From contig NC_068998.1 in assembly GCF_001194135.2 (NCBI RefSeq), forward strand, positions 48,321,333 through 48,385,332: DNA of 64,000 nt. The letters run 5' to 3'. The notes beneath the pieces are model-generated. The model was not told the DNA's origin. It did not search any database and was given only the letters and a program-made list of their open reading frames with translations. This document shows positions 26,507 to 38,896 of the stretch, one piece after another. This DNA is from Octopus bimaculoides (lineage: Eukaryota). Position 1 is the stretch's first letter. Each line of letters opens with the position of its first letter. Position numbers and translations under genes: made by a program.

Positions 26507-26739
26507 ACCACAAAGGAGACGGGTGAAAAGTTGTTACGAGGATAAAATACATTGGGGATTTGAGGGAAGCATGTTTCAGAAGAAAAATAAAAGCAGAAGT
26601 TGAATAAAAACAACATCAAAACAAACAGTTTCAAAAATATCCAAACTTTGGATCTATTAAATTCTTTGATTGGCCACCCTGAGTTGCCGCCAATCGGTAA
26701 AATCTAACAAATCCAGAAATAAGCTGACTAACAAGAGTA

Positions 26740-27760
26740 AGTGTTCTCTTCCAGCTGTGGCCTCTTGTCTCCAGCTGCATGCTGGGAATAAATCCAGCTC
26801 ATAACCTCTTCTCTAAGTCACCTTTCGATATGGTCGCTAGAAGACAACACTTCCTTCTGCAGGCGGTTCATAGAGGAGTTGATTAGGTCATGAAATGTGT
26901 GCCCTCTCTTTCAATCTCATCCACCAAACTACTTCTGTGACTATTAGTAGACAAACGGAGGAAAACCGTTTTGCTTTAAAATACCAATGCAGAGTGACCT
27001 TCACAACTTCAAAGGTGACAGCGGGGTCTGTCCTTCAACGATAAAAAACTGTTCTAATTAGTCATTCATTGTACGTCACTGAACGAGGACTTCCAGAACA
27101 GTTTTGATGATTTATTTACGACCCAAACACGCCCTGGCTGACGGTGCTGTCATACCTGCAGCTTTTATTCCAAACTGGTAAAAGCAACCCCTTCTATGAC
27201 ATTATCAGACCAAAGACTTTTGAAAGTGATTTACAATCTCCAAATTAGATAAGTCAGTCATCTTTCATTTACGTCCAGTTGTCATGGTTCAAGTCCAATA
27301 TGTATTTCCTCCTTCTGTCTTATAATCGGAGAAAAAAAATCATTACCTTCTGCCTACGTCGGTCTGTTATTTTCAATCGTTACGAATTCCTCAACCCTAT
27401 CCGTTTTATTCTAATAGCCACCGTTAAAGAAGTTCGCCACTGGTTATTGACTACCGCTCAGTTAACTCCTGCCCATCCAAGTCACTAATCCAGTCGATGA
27501 AAAGCTTCACACAAGAAACGACACGTTCTGCCTTCCGGGTTGTTATCTGTGTGTCTAACCAAGGTTGCCCAGGCAGACCACAAACTTATGGTCTGTGTGG
27601 TCACTCACAACGAATTGTGGGTATCATCAGCTCTCTTTATCATCGAGTAAAACAAAATCTCCCTCCATATACAAGTTCGTATTGTCAGACCATTATTTTT
27701 ATTGGCTACTACCTAACACAGTGTCTTTTATGTACACAGCTATCTTGCCATTGCCCGTTA
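26740..27760 (-). mobile_element. Old L1/Tx1-type LINE ORF2 fragment (end of APE domain to start of RT)
   Basis: Scattered minus-strand blocks PQFVVSDHTDHKFVVC, AVVNNQW...AIRIKRI, GIKAAG and AGDKRPQLEENTY lie in the order expected for Tx1-type ORF2. Many stops and frameshifts. Confidence 0.55.
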
Positions 27761-29524
27761 GCAGAATATCGTTGGAAAGGAGTTTCATTACATTCCTGTT
27801 GTTGTTGTTGTTGCTGCTGCTGCTGTTAAACTTGTTGCTTTTATTATTAATCGTTGTTGATCTTGTTGTTATCGTTGCAGGATCAGTTGTATTTTGTGCT
27901 CCTCGTGGTGGCGGTGGTGGTATGGAGAGGGTTTGGTATGATCTTCACTGTCTCCCCTCTTTCAAATGACCTTTGTGTCGACAAATTTTGAGGTCCTAAA
28001 TATGGGAGATTTGTCATGCCTGTCCTCCTCCTCCTTTTACATCCAATGTAGTTAATCCATGCTTATCCTCTTCCCTCCTTTCAGGAGGCTCAGACACTTC
28101 ACTATGTCAGAACGTGTTCATGTGTGCCTGTATGTGTTTGTGTTTGATGATGAGGAAGAGTTTAATGGTGGTGTTAGCTTTCTGGTAGTGTCGTCTTTGA
28201 ACATCAGGCCAATCCTGACCAGGCAGATCTGCGCTCAAACGTATTCCTACTGTGACCATCGCGCCTTTATTTTCCACATGACCTATCCAAGATATCTCAT
28301 CAGTTATCCTTCCTGTCTTAAGATGGTGGGGTCTGATTTAAAGTGGATTTGGTTGCTATTTCTAGCATTTTGGATGACAGTCTCTGTGCAGATTCCAAAA
28401 CATTTCTCCTGATATGATGATGATGTGCTCCGATGGTGGTGGTGATGATGTTGGTGCTGGTGCTAACGGTAGTGGTGGTGGCGGCGGCTGCGGTTGTGGT
28501 GGTGGGAGAATGATGCTGATGGGGATAATGGTGATGTTCGTCGTGACGGGGATGGTGGGGATGATGATGGTGGTGGTGGTGGTGAGGGTCGTGATGGTGG
28601 TGATGGTGATGATACTGATGAGGGTGACGATAATGGTGATGGTAACGATGATGATGATGATGGGGATTGCGATGTGATGTACATATGTTACCCTCCACTA
28701 AAAGTAACTCCACCCTTGTCCCCGCCCACTCCGTTGTCGTTGACAACAGCCCCGTTGTCGGATTACCGAAATCGCAGCCAGCTGGCCTTCAACCATTTAA
28801 CCTGACCACCTCAATGGTTACCATGACACCTGGCACCATTTGTTAAATATGGCCTCCAGACGCCATCTTTGATTTGCCGTTGCTATGGTTTCATCATCCC
28901 CTTGATTTGGGGTTTTGTTTGTTATCGCTAACATTGTTGTTGTTTGATTTTTATATAAAAAAAAGGGACGAATGATTAGAGTTGTTAAAGTGAGTGCATG
29001 GACAGGGAAGGAGGAGGAGGAGGAGGAGAAAAAGGAAAAGAAGGTAACGAGGACTATGATGATGATGAGGCGGAGCAGGAGGAAGAAGCAGGGGAAGGAG
29101 AAACAGAGGAAGGAGGAGGAAAACAGAATGATGACGATGATGACGATGATGACGACGATGATGACGATGAAGAAGAAAAAGCAAAAAGACAAAGAAGGCA
29201 ACGGTGATGATTAGGATGATGATGATGATGAGGAGGAGGTAGAAGGGGAGGAGGATTACGATGATGATGAGGATGGTGAGAGAAAAGTAAAGATGTGTAT
29301 GTAAATGTGGAGAGAATGAATGGGAGGCAGAAGAGGCGGAGGACGCGTTATAAGTTGTTCATTTCATCTCACGCAACCACACACACATACACACACACAC
29401 GTGCGCGCGCACACGCACACACACATGCAGACCGCCATTGCTAAAGTCTGCTCAACGTCCTGTTCAAATACGGAGTGTATAATGGATGTGTGTGCATGTG
29501 CGCTTCTATATACATATATACGTA

Positions 29525-29750
29525 GCATCATAAATTCGGCACTTGGAGTTTGCTCCTGTTTTGAGGACGTTAGCTTGGAGATTTTTTTTCGTGTATAGTT
29601 TCTGGTTCTCAGCGTCAGGAATGAATCCCCCTATTTCTGTCTTCAACACTGAATGAAATCTGCATCCAGTGATGAGTTTACGATTGGCAAACGTCAGTTT
29701 TCTGGGTGCTGAGTGGCTATCGACTCTGGAGCGGTTTCTGCCGCCGATCA
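29525..29750 (-). mobile_element. R4/Dong-clade (RLE) non-LTR fragment
   Basis: Reads LKTEIGGFIPDAENQKLYTKKNLQANVLKTGANSKCRI, similar to the R4/Dong LKAETEGFILAAQDQ...YQANILKNG.DPKCR motif preceding the zinc knuckle. Confidence 0.6.
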
Positions 29751-29868
29751 CTCTTTCGTGGTTTTAAACATTTCTGATTTTGCTTTCATCATAACCGTTA
29801 TCCTCCTCCTCCTCCTCCTCCTCCTCATCATCATCATTACTATTATGACGATGATGATGATTTACGAT

Positions 29869-30102
29869 GCGAAGAGCTGGCAGAGTCGTTAGCGAGCCGG
29901 ACAAAGTGCCTAGCAGCATTTCGTTCATCTTTACGCACGAAGATCGAATTCCGCCGAGGTCAGCTTATCCTTTCATCCTTTGGGTTAGACAAAAAAAAAG
30001 CCTAAGTGCCAGTCAAGCCCTGGGGTTGATATAATCGACTTCCACCCTTCCATCCACCCCAAATTTCAGGCCCTTCTTCAACCTACCTAGAGCAGAAAGA
30101 AT
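29869..30102 (+). mobile_element. SINE family A, full length, diverged
   Basis: gagctggcagagtcgttagcgagccggac...gaattccgccgaggtc...cctttcatcc...ggggttgatataatcgac...aaatttcaggccc...ctagagcagaaagaat. Confidence 0.85.
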
Positions 30103-30793
30103 CGTTATTTACGACTATCTTATTTATACACAAATATTTGCAACTTTTATATAAAATTCATGATTCTTCATTTTCTGTTTGTCCTCTTCTTCTTCCTCCT
30201 CATCATCATCATCTTCATCATCATCATCACGATCGCTATTCTCATTGTTGTTGTTGTTGTTGTTCTTGTTGATGTAGGCAGTGGGGTGTGGGGGAGGAGG
30301 AGGAGGAAAATGGTGGAATGAATCAGGAAGAGAAGCAGTGTCTCTGTTGTTGTTGATATTTAACACAGAATTAAACTCTCTCTCTCTCTCCCCTACCCCC
30401 ACCCCTACTCCCACACACACACACACACACACCATCTGACCTTCTATAATCTCCTTCACGCATGCGCCACATGTTACCCTTCCTTTCTTCTTTTTTTCTA
30501 TAATTTCTTCTCACACCATTTTCTCACCGTCGTTTACTCATTCTCTTTTTCCATTCTCTTTTTCTCTCTCCCTTTCTCTCTCTCCCCCTTTCTCTCTCGT
30601 TCCCTCTCTCTTTCTCTCTCGTTCCCTCTCGCTTTCTCTTTCTCTCTCTCTCTATCTCTCTCTCTCGTCCAGTCTCCTTCTTCTACATCCATTTCTCTTT
30701 CTCTTCCTTTCTCATTCAATCTCTTACATACACACTTATCTTCTTCCCGTCTTTCGCTCTCTCTCATTCATACTCATCCTTCCAAATTCATTT

Positions 30794-30824
<31 letters not shown>

Positions 30825-30825
30825 T

Positions 30826-30870
<45 letters not shown>

Positions 30871-31755
30871 CTCTCTCACTCTCTCTCTCGCTCTCTCTCT
30901 CNNNNNNNNNNNNNNNNNNNNNNNNNNNNNNNNNNNNNNNNNNNNNNNNNNNNNNNNNNNNNNNNNNNNNNNNNNNNNNNNNNNNNNNNNNNNNNNNNNN
31001 NNNNNNNNNNNNNNNNNNNNNNNNNNNNNNNNNNNNNNNNNNNNNNNNNNNNNNNNNNNNNNNNNNNNNNNNNNNNNNNNNNNNNNNNNNNNNNNNNNNN
31101 NNNNNNNNNNNNNNNNNNNNNNNNNNNNNNNNNNNNNNNNNNNNNNNNNNNNNNNNNNNNNNNNNNNNNNNNNNNNNNNNNNNNNNNNNNNNNNNNNNNN
31201 NNNNNNNNNNNNNNNNNNNNNNNNNNNNNNNNNNNNNNNNNNNNNNNNNNNNNNNNNNNNNNNNNNNNNNNNNNNNNNNNNNNNNNNNNNNNNNNNNNNN
31301 NNNNNNNNNNNNNNNNNNNNNNNNNNNNNNNNNNNNNNNNNNNNNNNNNNNNNNNNNNNNNNNNNNNNNNNNNNNNNNNNNNNNNNNNNNNNNNNNNNNN
31401 NNNNNNNNNNNNNNNNNNNNNNNNNNNNNNNNNNNNNNNNNNNNNNNNNNNNNNNNNNNNGTGTTCCGTACGAGATAAGATAAACAAAAGAATAATAATA
31501 ATACGGGGTGATGATCTTGATGATGATGATGACGACGATGATGATGATGATGACGATGATGATGATGACGACGAGGATGATGATGATGTTGATGATGACG
31601 ACGATGATGATGATGAGGAGGAGGAGGGTAGGGTTGGTGGTGATGGTGGTGGTGGTTGTGGTGGTGACGATTTTGATGTTGACAACGACGCTGACATTGA
31701 CAAAAGGCTCAAGATTTGTCGTTGGCAAGTAAATTCGATTAAATCGAATCTTATA

Positions 31756-31825
<70 letters not shown>

Positions 31826-32065
31826 GTTATTGTTGTTGTTGTTGAGGTGTGAATTATGACTTTGTGTTCATTCCGAATTTATGTTGTTATATCTGTTGTC
31901 CATTTTGTCCTTATATTTTGTCCGTTAATCTGTTCTGCATTTTTATTGCTCAACTGACCAGTGGCTGTTTTATGGACGAGCTAAACGATCTATATATTTC
32001 GGCTACATTTTTGGCTTTTGCAATCTTCGAAAATTCTTATCAATAAAAGAATATTTAATTTAATA

Positions 32066-32080
32066 TAGCGCCACTTGGTT
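32066..32080 (-). promoter_or_regulatory. CTCF-like motif (weaker)
   Basis: tagcgccacttggtt; reverse complement aaccaagtggcgcta. Confidence 0.25.
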
Positions 32081-32944
32081 ACGTGAACCTGAAAATGAAA
32101 ATGGACAGAGTAAACGGCATGAAGTACGCTAAGGTACGAACTGAGTCTCTTGCCATCCAGAAAATAACAAACGCAGAGGTGGGGAATTACCGAAAAATTT
32201 ATGGCACCGGCTGGTTTCTTACACACTTGTTCTCTTTCGTCTTGGCAGCTGTCTATCTTAACAAAAGCATAATGGGAAATTCCTAGTTGTGTGGAGCAAC
32301 TGCGGGTCGTGATGTACAAGATGTACAAGATGTACAAAATGAGACTCAGAATGTAGAAGGAAACCGAATAATTTCAACCAGAGGACTTTCAGGTGCGATT
32401 TTATAGTTAACTTCCCGACATCCTTGACCATGCAGTGCTATCGAGTGACAATGAAGGGTCTATATAGAGTCTACCGGCACGGAAACATCATCGGTTAATT
32501 TTGTCCAAAATATGCGGATACACGGAGCTTTGTTGGGAAGTTTCTACCGCGTGTGGGACATATCCAGAGTTGTTGACCGAGCTCCGCATAAATCTTGAAC
32601 CACTAGAGTCTTACAACAACAGGGGCAAGTTAATGAGGTTCTGTGATAGACTTCTTTAAAAGTTATGACGGTGAATATCACTGCAACTAAGCCTCCACGG
32701 TATTAGAAATAAAGGGTGGCTGCAGTAATTACTACCCTGATTCTTCGTACGTGGCGTTGTGTCGCACCTTGGCAGGTGAAGGTGCTTGTTTCTATATTTA
32801 CAGAATATTTAATGCTTAATCTGCTTCTGAGAGGATGAACAAGACGAAGGAAGGAGTAGATTTGGTGAAAAGGAATCGCCACTGAGAGAGAGACACAATC
32901 AATGTTTACTTCTGCTTCACGGCCACAATTGTAGCCATGGAAAC

Positions 32945-32989
<45 letters not shown>

Positions 32990-33817
32990 NNNNNNNNNNN
33001 NNNNNNNNNNNNNNNNNNNNNNNNNNNNNNNNNNNNNNNNNNNNNNNNNNNNNNNNNNNNNNNNNNNNNNNNNNNNNNNNNNNNNNNNNNNNNNNNNNNN
33101 NNNNNNNNNNNNNNNNNNNNNNNNNNNNNNNNNNNNNNNNNNNNNNNNNNNNNNNNNNNNNNNNNNNNNNNNNNNNNNNNNNNNNNNNNNNNNNNNNNNN
33201 NNNNNNNNNNNNNNNNNNNNNNNNNNNNNNNNNNNNNNNNNNNNNNNATATATATACATATATATATACACACAATATATATATACACACCCTCACAATG
33301 TGTATATAACGGAACAACTAGATACATAAACAGGCAAAGAAATATACACTGGTTTGTGAGTGCATGTGTGTGTGTGTAGACAGAGAAATAGAGAGAGAGA
33401 CAGAGGCAGAGAGAGAAAGTCAAAGAGTTCTCCGTGGACAACAATGTAATAAAAGAACGAAAAGGAAATCAAACAAAACAAAACATGGCTTATAGATAAC
33501 CTTTGACGAGCCGCCATTTTTAAATATCAATGACAGATTAAGTTAAAATATTCAAAAAGATTTTACAGATGTAACGTCGGCAAGAGACTTGTATATACTT
33601 TTGATGATGTCGTATATACTTTTGATTGTATGAGGTTAAGACTGATGGCAATTGGGATGGTAAATGGTGTAATACGGGTCTTTTTCGTTCTGTTTGTGAG
33701 TGTGTGTGTGTGAGAGGCACAGACAGACAGACAGACAGACAAACTGAATTTCTATGGTTTTATTGGTATATCGTTATATCAACGTTTTATAAGTCAATCT
33801 GTAGAGATACACTTTAT

Positions 33818-33875
<58 letters not shown>

Positions 33876-33916
33876 TATATAGAGAGAGTTTTTGAAGTGA
33901 TGTACAGATATTGTAC

Positions 33917-34134
33917 ATTTGAATTGATAAGGAAGTCAGAATGTTGGATGATTATATGTTTTTTTTTTATAAACATCTTATTTATATTTGTAGCGCTTTC
34001 TTGTTATCGGATTTATCAAAAATTGTTTCATAAATTCGATAACGGAAGAAAGCGCTAAAAATATAAATAAGATGTAAATTAATAAAAAAACTTATATAAT
34101 CATCCAACATTCTGACTACCTCATCATTCTAAAT
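33917..34134. repeat. Long spacer-less imperfect palindrome (~105-bp arms)
   Basis: Left arm gtcagaatgttggatgattatat...acatcttatttatatttgtagcgctttc...gttatcggatttat is the reverse complement of right arm ataaattcgataac...gaaagcgctaaaaatataaataagatgt...atataatcatccaacattctgac. Centre at 34022/34023. Confidence 0.92.
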
Positions 34135-34462
34135 ACGTTATATATACATATATATATAATGTATAGGCGCTTGCACCCAAATACATATTTATATATTGGT
34201 TTTCTTCTGTAAAAGCTAACTGCGCCCACACATTAGGTTCATGCTATCGTTCTTAAACTATGATCGGTGGCAAGATCAAATCATGATAATTGATATTGCA
34301 TAAGAATGCAGGAGATTGACAATGTGGTTGAAGTGGACTCCTGAGCTTGCTCAACCATCAGTATTGGAATGTGACCCAAACCAAAAAACAAAATGCAAAA
34401 CAAAAAGAGCACTTTAACAGATGTTTGTCTTCAGTTCTGGTTCTTAACTCAGCATGACAATA

Positions 34463-34478
34463 TAGCGCCACCTGCGGC
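34463..34478 (-). promoter_or_regulatory. CTCF-like motif (strong)
   Basis: tagcgccacctgcggc; the reverse complement gccgcaggtggcgcta closely matches the CTCF core consensus. Confidence 0.4.
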
Positions 34479-34645
34479 AAATTACTCCCCTTGACATGCT
34501 GCTAATGATTTCAAAGTTATGAAGATGAAGCTTACATAATTTCTTCCACGCCTCATTTGAATAAATGCCAAGACACTCACTATGCACATAGGTATGCACG
34601 AACGTGCATATGTACATATTACTGCATGATCGTTGAAACACCAGA

Positions 34646-34676
<31 letters not shown>

Positions 34677-34719
34677 ATATGTGTGTGTGTGTGTGTGTTT
34701 GTGTGTGTGCGTGTGTGTT

Positions 34720-34764
<45 letters not shown>

Positions 34765-34855
34765 TAATGTTTGTTATTATGTCCAGTTAGAATGAAAACT
34801 ATTTTACGTTAATCTGACAAGTTACTTTTGTAGAGCACAAATTTATCAGTCTTAT

Positions 34856-34888
34856 ACTTCGAAGTTTCGGCAGTCCGAACTTCGAAGT
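34856..34888. repeat. 33-bp nested palindrome/hairpin
   Basis: acttcgaagtttcgg-cagt-ccgaacttcgaagt; each arm itself contains the palindrome acttcgaagt. Confidence 0.85.
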
Positions 34889-35009
34889 CACTATAACAAC
34901 ATTCTTGTATAAGAGCATGTGTGTGTGTGTGTGTGTTTGTATACATTTTTGTAACCTAATCGTGGAGAGGGTTTCTGTGCTCGGTTGACCAAGCTAGAAA
35001 AGAGCAAGG

Positions 35010-35255
35010 CTTCTATCGTTTTAAAGCTATAACATGTTCGAGAAAGAATTCTGGATTACTTCGGATCCTCGTGGATATCGTTGGTGATTTTTCTTCCTCC
35101 GTCTTCCCTTCTTCGGACTTTCCTATGTTTCCGACGAAGAGCTCCGCTCGAAACGTCAAATTCTCTTTCTTTCCTTTCCCGAGCGTCCGGTAACACAATC
35201 TGTATCACATCCTCGCGTGGTTGTTTTTTGTTGCGTTTTCCTTTTTTGAACCTGT
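35010..35255 (+). mobile_element. Probable Penelope-like element terminal repeat (pseudo-LTR) remnant
   Basis: Pyrimidine-rich segment carrying a minimal hammerhead motif. The PLE assignment is inferred from that motif type; no ORF is visible. Confidence 0.5.
35127..35161 (+). ncRNA. Minimal type I hammerhead-ribozyme motif (U4C variant)
   Basis: gttt-CCGACGA-a-GAGC tcc GCTC-GAAA-CGTC-aaat: 4-bp stem I, perfect stem II, palindromic ACGT stem III, GTC cleavage triplet ending at 35157. Confidence 0.7.
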
Positions 35256-36299
35256 ATATATNNNNNNNNNNNNNNNNNNNNNNNNNNNNNNNNNNNNNNN
35301 NNNNNNNNNNNNNNNNNNNNNNNNNNNNNNNNNNNNNNNNNNNNNNNNNNNNNNNNNNNNNNNNNNNNNNNNNNNNNNNNNNNNNNNNNNNNNNNNNNNN
35401 NNNNNNNNNNNNNNNNNNNNNNNNNNNNNNNNNNNNNNNNNNNNNNNNNNNNNNNNNNNNNNNNNNNNNNNNNNNNNNNNNNNNNNNNNNNNNNNNNNNN
35501 NNNNNNNNNNNNNNNNNNNNNNNNNNNNNNNNNNNNNNNNNNNNNNNNNNNNNNNNNNNNNNNNNNNNNNNNNNNNNNNNNNNNNNNNNNNNNNNNNNNN
35601 NNNNNNNNNNNNNNNNNNNNNNNNNNNNNNNNNNNNNNNNNNNNNTATATATATATAAAGAAATTAATACGACAGGGTGGTCGTAGTTGAGAAGGACTCG
35701 TTCATAGATCGGATTATTCGAGCCCTGTTTCTGGGATGGAGTGTGTGGGTGGAGGTGGCGGTGACTGCTGGATGACAACAACACCCGACGCATCTGTGGT
35801 GCATCCACGTGGAGTACAAGAACACTGTTGCTGTTGTCGATGATGATGCTGATGCTGACAATCATGATGATGATGGCGATGACGATGATAACAATTATCA
35901 TCATCATTATAGTGATGGTGGTGGTGGTGATGGTGGTAGAGGTGCTTATGGGGGTGGTGGAGGTGGTCGTAGTGATGATGATGGTGATGGTAGTGGCAGC
36001 GGTGGCGGCGGTGGTGGTATGGGTAGTAGTGGTGGTGGTGGTGGTGGTGGTGGTGGATGTCTATGATTTATGAGCTGTTTAACAAAAGCAACAACGTATA
36101 GACGGAGGCAGTCATAAAGATATCACGGACACCATGAGAGTTCAAACAGCAACAGCAACAGCAACAACTACTACTTCTACTACTACTGCTGCTGCTACTA
36201 CAGCAACAATAAGTAACTAATTCCAACAACAACAATAACAAAGACAACAGTAGAAAACAACAACACCAGAGAAGATTTACAAGAAATACAATATGGACC

Positions 36300-36430
36300 A
36301 AGGAAGGGACTCAATGTATTCATCCGACCTGGTAGAAATAGCAGCCAAATTTCTTTTAAATAACACTCAACCGTTTGAAACAGAGGGACAGCATTATTTA
36401 AAGCACGCAATATCTGAAAATATGATACGG
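36300..36430 (+). mobile_element. Possible Penelope-like RT remnant
   Basis: Reads SSDLVEIAAKFLLNNTQPFETEGQHYL, reminiscent of the PLE RT segment EDLVEMAEFVLKNNYFEF.G..Y. Short and weak. Confidence 0.3.
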
Positions 36431-36821
36431 TATTGATTTCCTGAGGATAGGAAAATTTGGGGATAGTCACGGCTGGATTACCTTTAATCATAGACCTGCT
36501 CGATCAAGGCTGACAAGGGACAGATGGCAACAACAACAACAACGCCAAAAACAAAATGGCTTCTTGTGTGTGAAAGTAGGTCTTTATTATGCCACAGGGA
36601 TAAAAAATACAAAAACAAAGGAACACATTGGTATAATGTCGTTTTGTTGAGCGTGAATTGTAGGGAATTAAATGTAGAGTATACCCTGTAATATTACTGG
36701 TATCGTTTTATCAACAGCAGAAATATGAAAGCTACAACTGCCAGCTGTAGGATTTAAAAGACGTAGTTCGGCGCTCTACTAATTGACACTCTAAGTCTCC
36801 CCACCGCACCTAATAATAAAA

Positions 36822-37046
36822 TTGGTTTCTCATTTTGGCACAAGGCCAGCAAATTTAAATGGGTTGGTGGGGCGGTTAGTCGATTACATCGACCCTAGTA
36901 TGCAACTGGTACTTATGTTGTCGACCGCGAAAAGATGAATGGCAAAGTCGACCTCAGCGGAATTTAAACCCAGGTCGTAAAGACGGACGAAATGCCACTA
37001 AGCATTTTGTCCGGCGTGCTCACGATTCTGTCAGTTAACCGCCTTG
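36822..37046 (-). mobile_element. SINE family A, full length
   Basis: ggcacaaggccagcaaattt...gtcgattacatcgaccctagt...ggcaaagtcgacctcagcggaattt...gacggacgaaatgccactaagcattttgtccggcgtgct. Confidence 0.9.
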
Positions 37047-37204
37047 ATAACACTACTGGCTTCTAATATAGAAACAAATGAGCAAAGTGGGATTATATTA
37101 AAGTAGAGAACAGCCGTGAGCAACCAACCCGCAGCCTGCGGGACTTTCTGAAAAACACACCTTGCGAGAAAATTACCCTGGATATTTTATTGCCCAATTT
37201 TAAT

Positions 37205-37380
37205 ATTCTTTTCTACTCTAGGTACTAAGCCCGAAATCTTTTGGGGGAGGGAGCCAGTCGATTAGATCGACCCCAGTATGCAACTGATATTTAATTTATG
37301 GACCCCGAAGGGATGAAAGGCAAAACGCCTTCGGCGGAATTTGAACTCAGAACGTAAAGACATACGAAATATCTCTAAAG
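37205..37380 (-). mobile_element. SINE family A, 5'-truncated
   Basis: attcttttctactctagg...gtcgattagatcgaccccagt...ggatgaaaggcaaa...ggcggaatttgaactcagaacgtaaagac. Confidence 0.9.
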
Positions 37381-38497
37381 ACAATGGTAGTGGTGGTAGT
37401 GATGGTGGGGGTGGTGATGGCAATAGAGGTGGTGGTGGTAATGCTGGTGGTGATGATGATGGTNNNNNNNNNNNNNNNNNNNNNNNNNNNNNNNNNNNNN
37501 NNNNNNNNNNNNNNNNNNNNNNNNNNNNNNNNNNNNNNNNNNNNNNNNNNNNNNNNNNNNNNNNNNNNNNNNNNNNNNNNNNNNNNNNNNNNNNNNNNNN
37601 NNNNNNNNNNNNNNNNNNNNNNNNNNNNNNNNNNNNNNNNNNNNNNNNNNNNNNNNNNNNNNNNNNNNNNNNNNNNNNNNNNNNNNNNNNNNNNNNNNNN
37701 NNNNNNNNNNNNNNNNNNNNNNNNNNNNNNNNNNNNNNNNNNNNNNNNNNNNNNNNNNNNNNNNNNNNNNNNNNNNNNNNNNNNNNNNNNNNNNNNNNNN
37801 NNNNNNNNNNNNNNNNNNNNNNNNNNNNNNNNNNNNNNNNNNNNNNNNNNNNNNNNNNNNNNNNNNNNNNNNNNNNNNNNNNNNNNNNNNNNNNNNNNNN
37901 NNNNNNNNNNNNNNNNNNNNNNNNNNNNNNNNNNNNNNNNNNNNNNNNNNNNNNNNNNNNNNNNNNNNNNNNNNNNNNNNNNNNNNNNNNNNNNNNNNNN
38001 NNNNNNNNNNNNNNNNNNNNNNNNNNNNNNNNNNNNNNNNNNNNNNNNNNNNNNNNNNNNNNNNNNNNNNNNNNNNNNNNNNNNNNNNNNNNNNNNNNNN
38101 NNNNNNNNNNNNNNNNNNNNNNNNNNNNNNNNNNNNNNNNNNNNNNNNNNNNNNNNNNNNNNNNNNNNNNNNNNNNNNNNNNNNNNNNATATATATACGT
38201 ATATATGTATGTATATATGTATATATATATATGTATGCATATGTATATATATGTATATATATATGTATGTATATATATATGTTTATATATGCATATGTAT
38301 ATATATGTATATATATGTATATATGTATATATGTATATATATGTATATATATATATATGTATATGTATATATGTATATATATGTATGTATATATATATAT
38401 ATATATGCATACATATGTATATATGTGTGTATATATATATATACATATGTATGTATATGCATATATGTGTATGTATATATATATATATATGTGTGTG

Positions 38498-38537
<40 letters not shown>

Positions 38538-38821
38538 CACGCATAGGGACTGTATCCAGGTATTTCTCAAGTTTATAATTCCTTCTCTTCATATTTTATT
38601 ATAGTTTACACTTTCTGTCTTTTTTCTCACGGTCTGTGCTTCTGTGTGTGTATACATACATGTGTGTGTGCGTGTGTGCGTGCGTATGTGTATGTATATT
38701 TGTATGTGTATGTGCATGAATTTGAGTGTATGTGTCTCTGTATACATATGTGTATGTGTGTGTATGAGAGAGTGTACATATTTGTGTATACTCGAATGTG
38801 TGTTTCTGTCAGTTCGTATTT

Positions 38822-38896
<75 letters not shown>

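Noticed and set aside
26760-26900. RTE-like reading PNQLLYEP
   Set aside because: Another frame fits the Tx1 order of the adjacent blocks better; both matches are weak.
32400-32690. Nearly open frame DILDHAVL...LMRFCDRLL
   Set aside because: It contains a stop, has no recognisable domain and no convincing splice sites.
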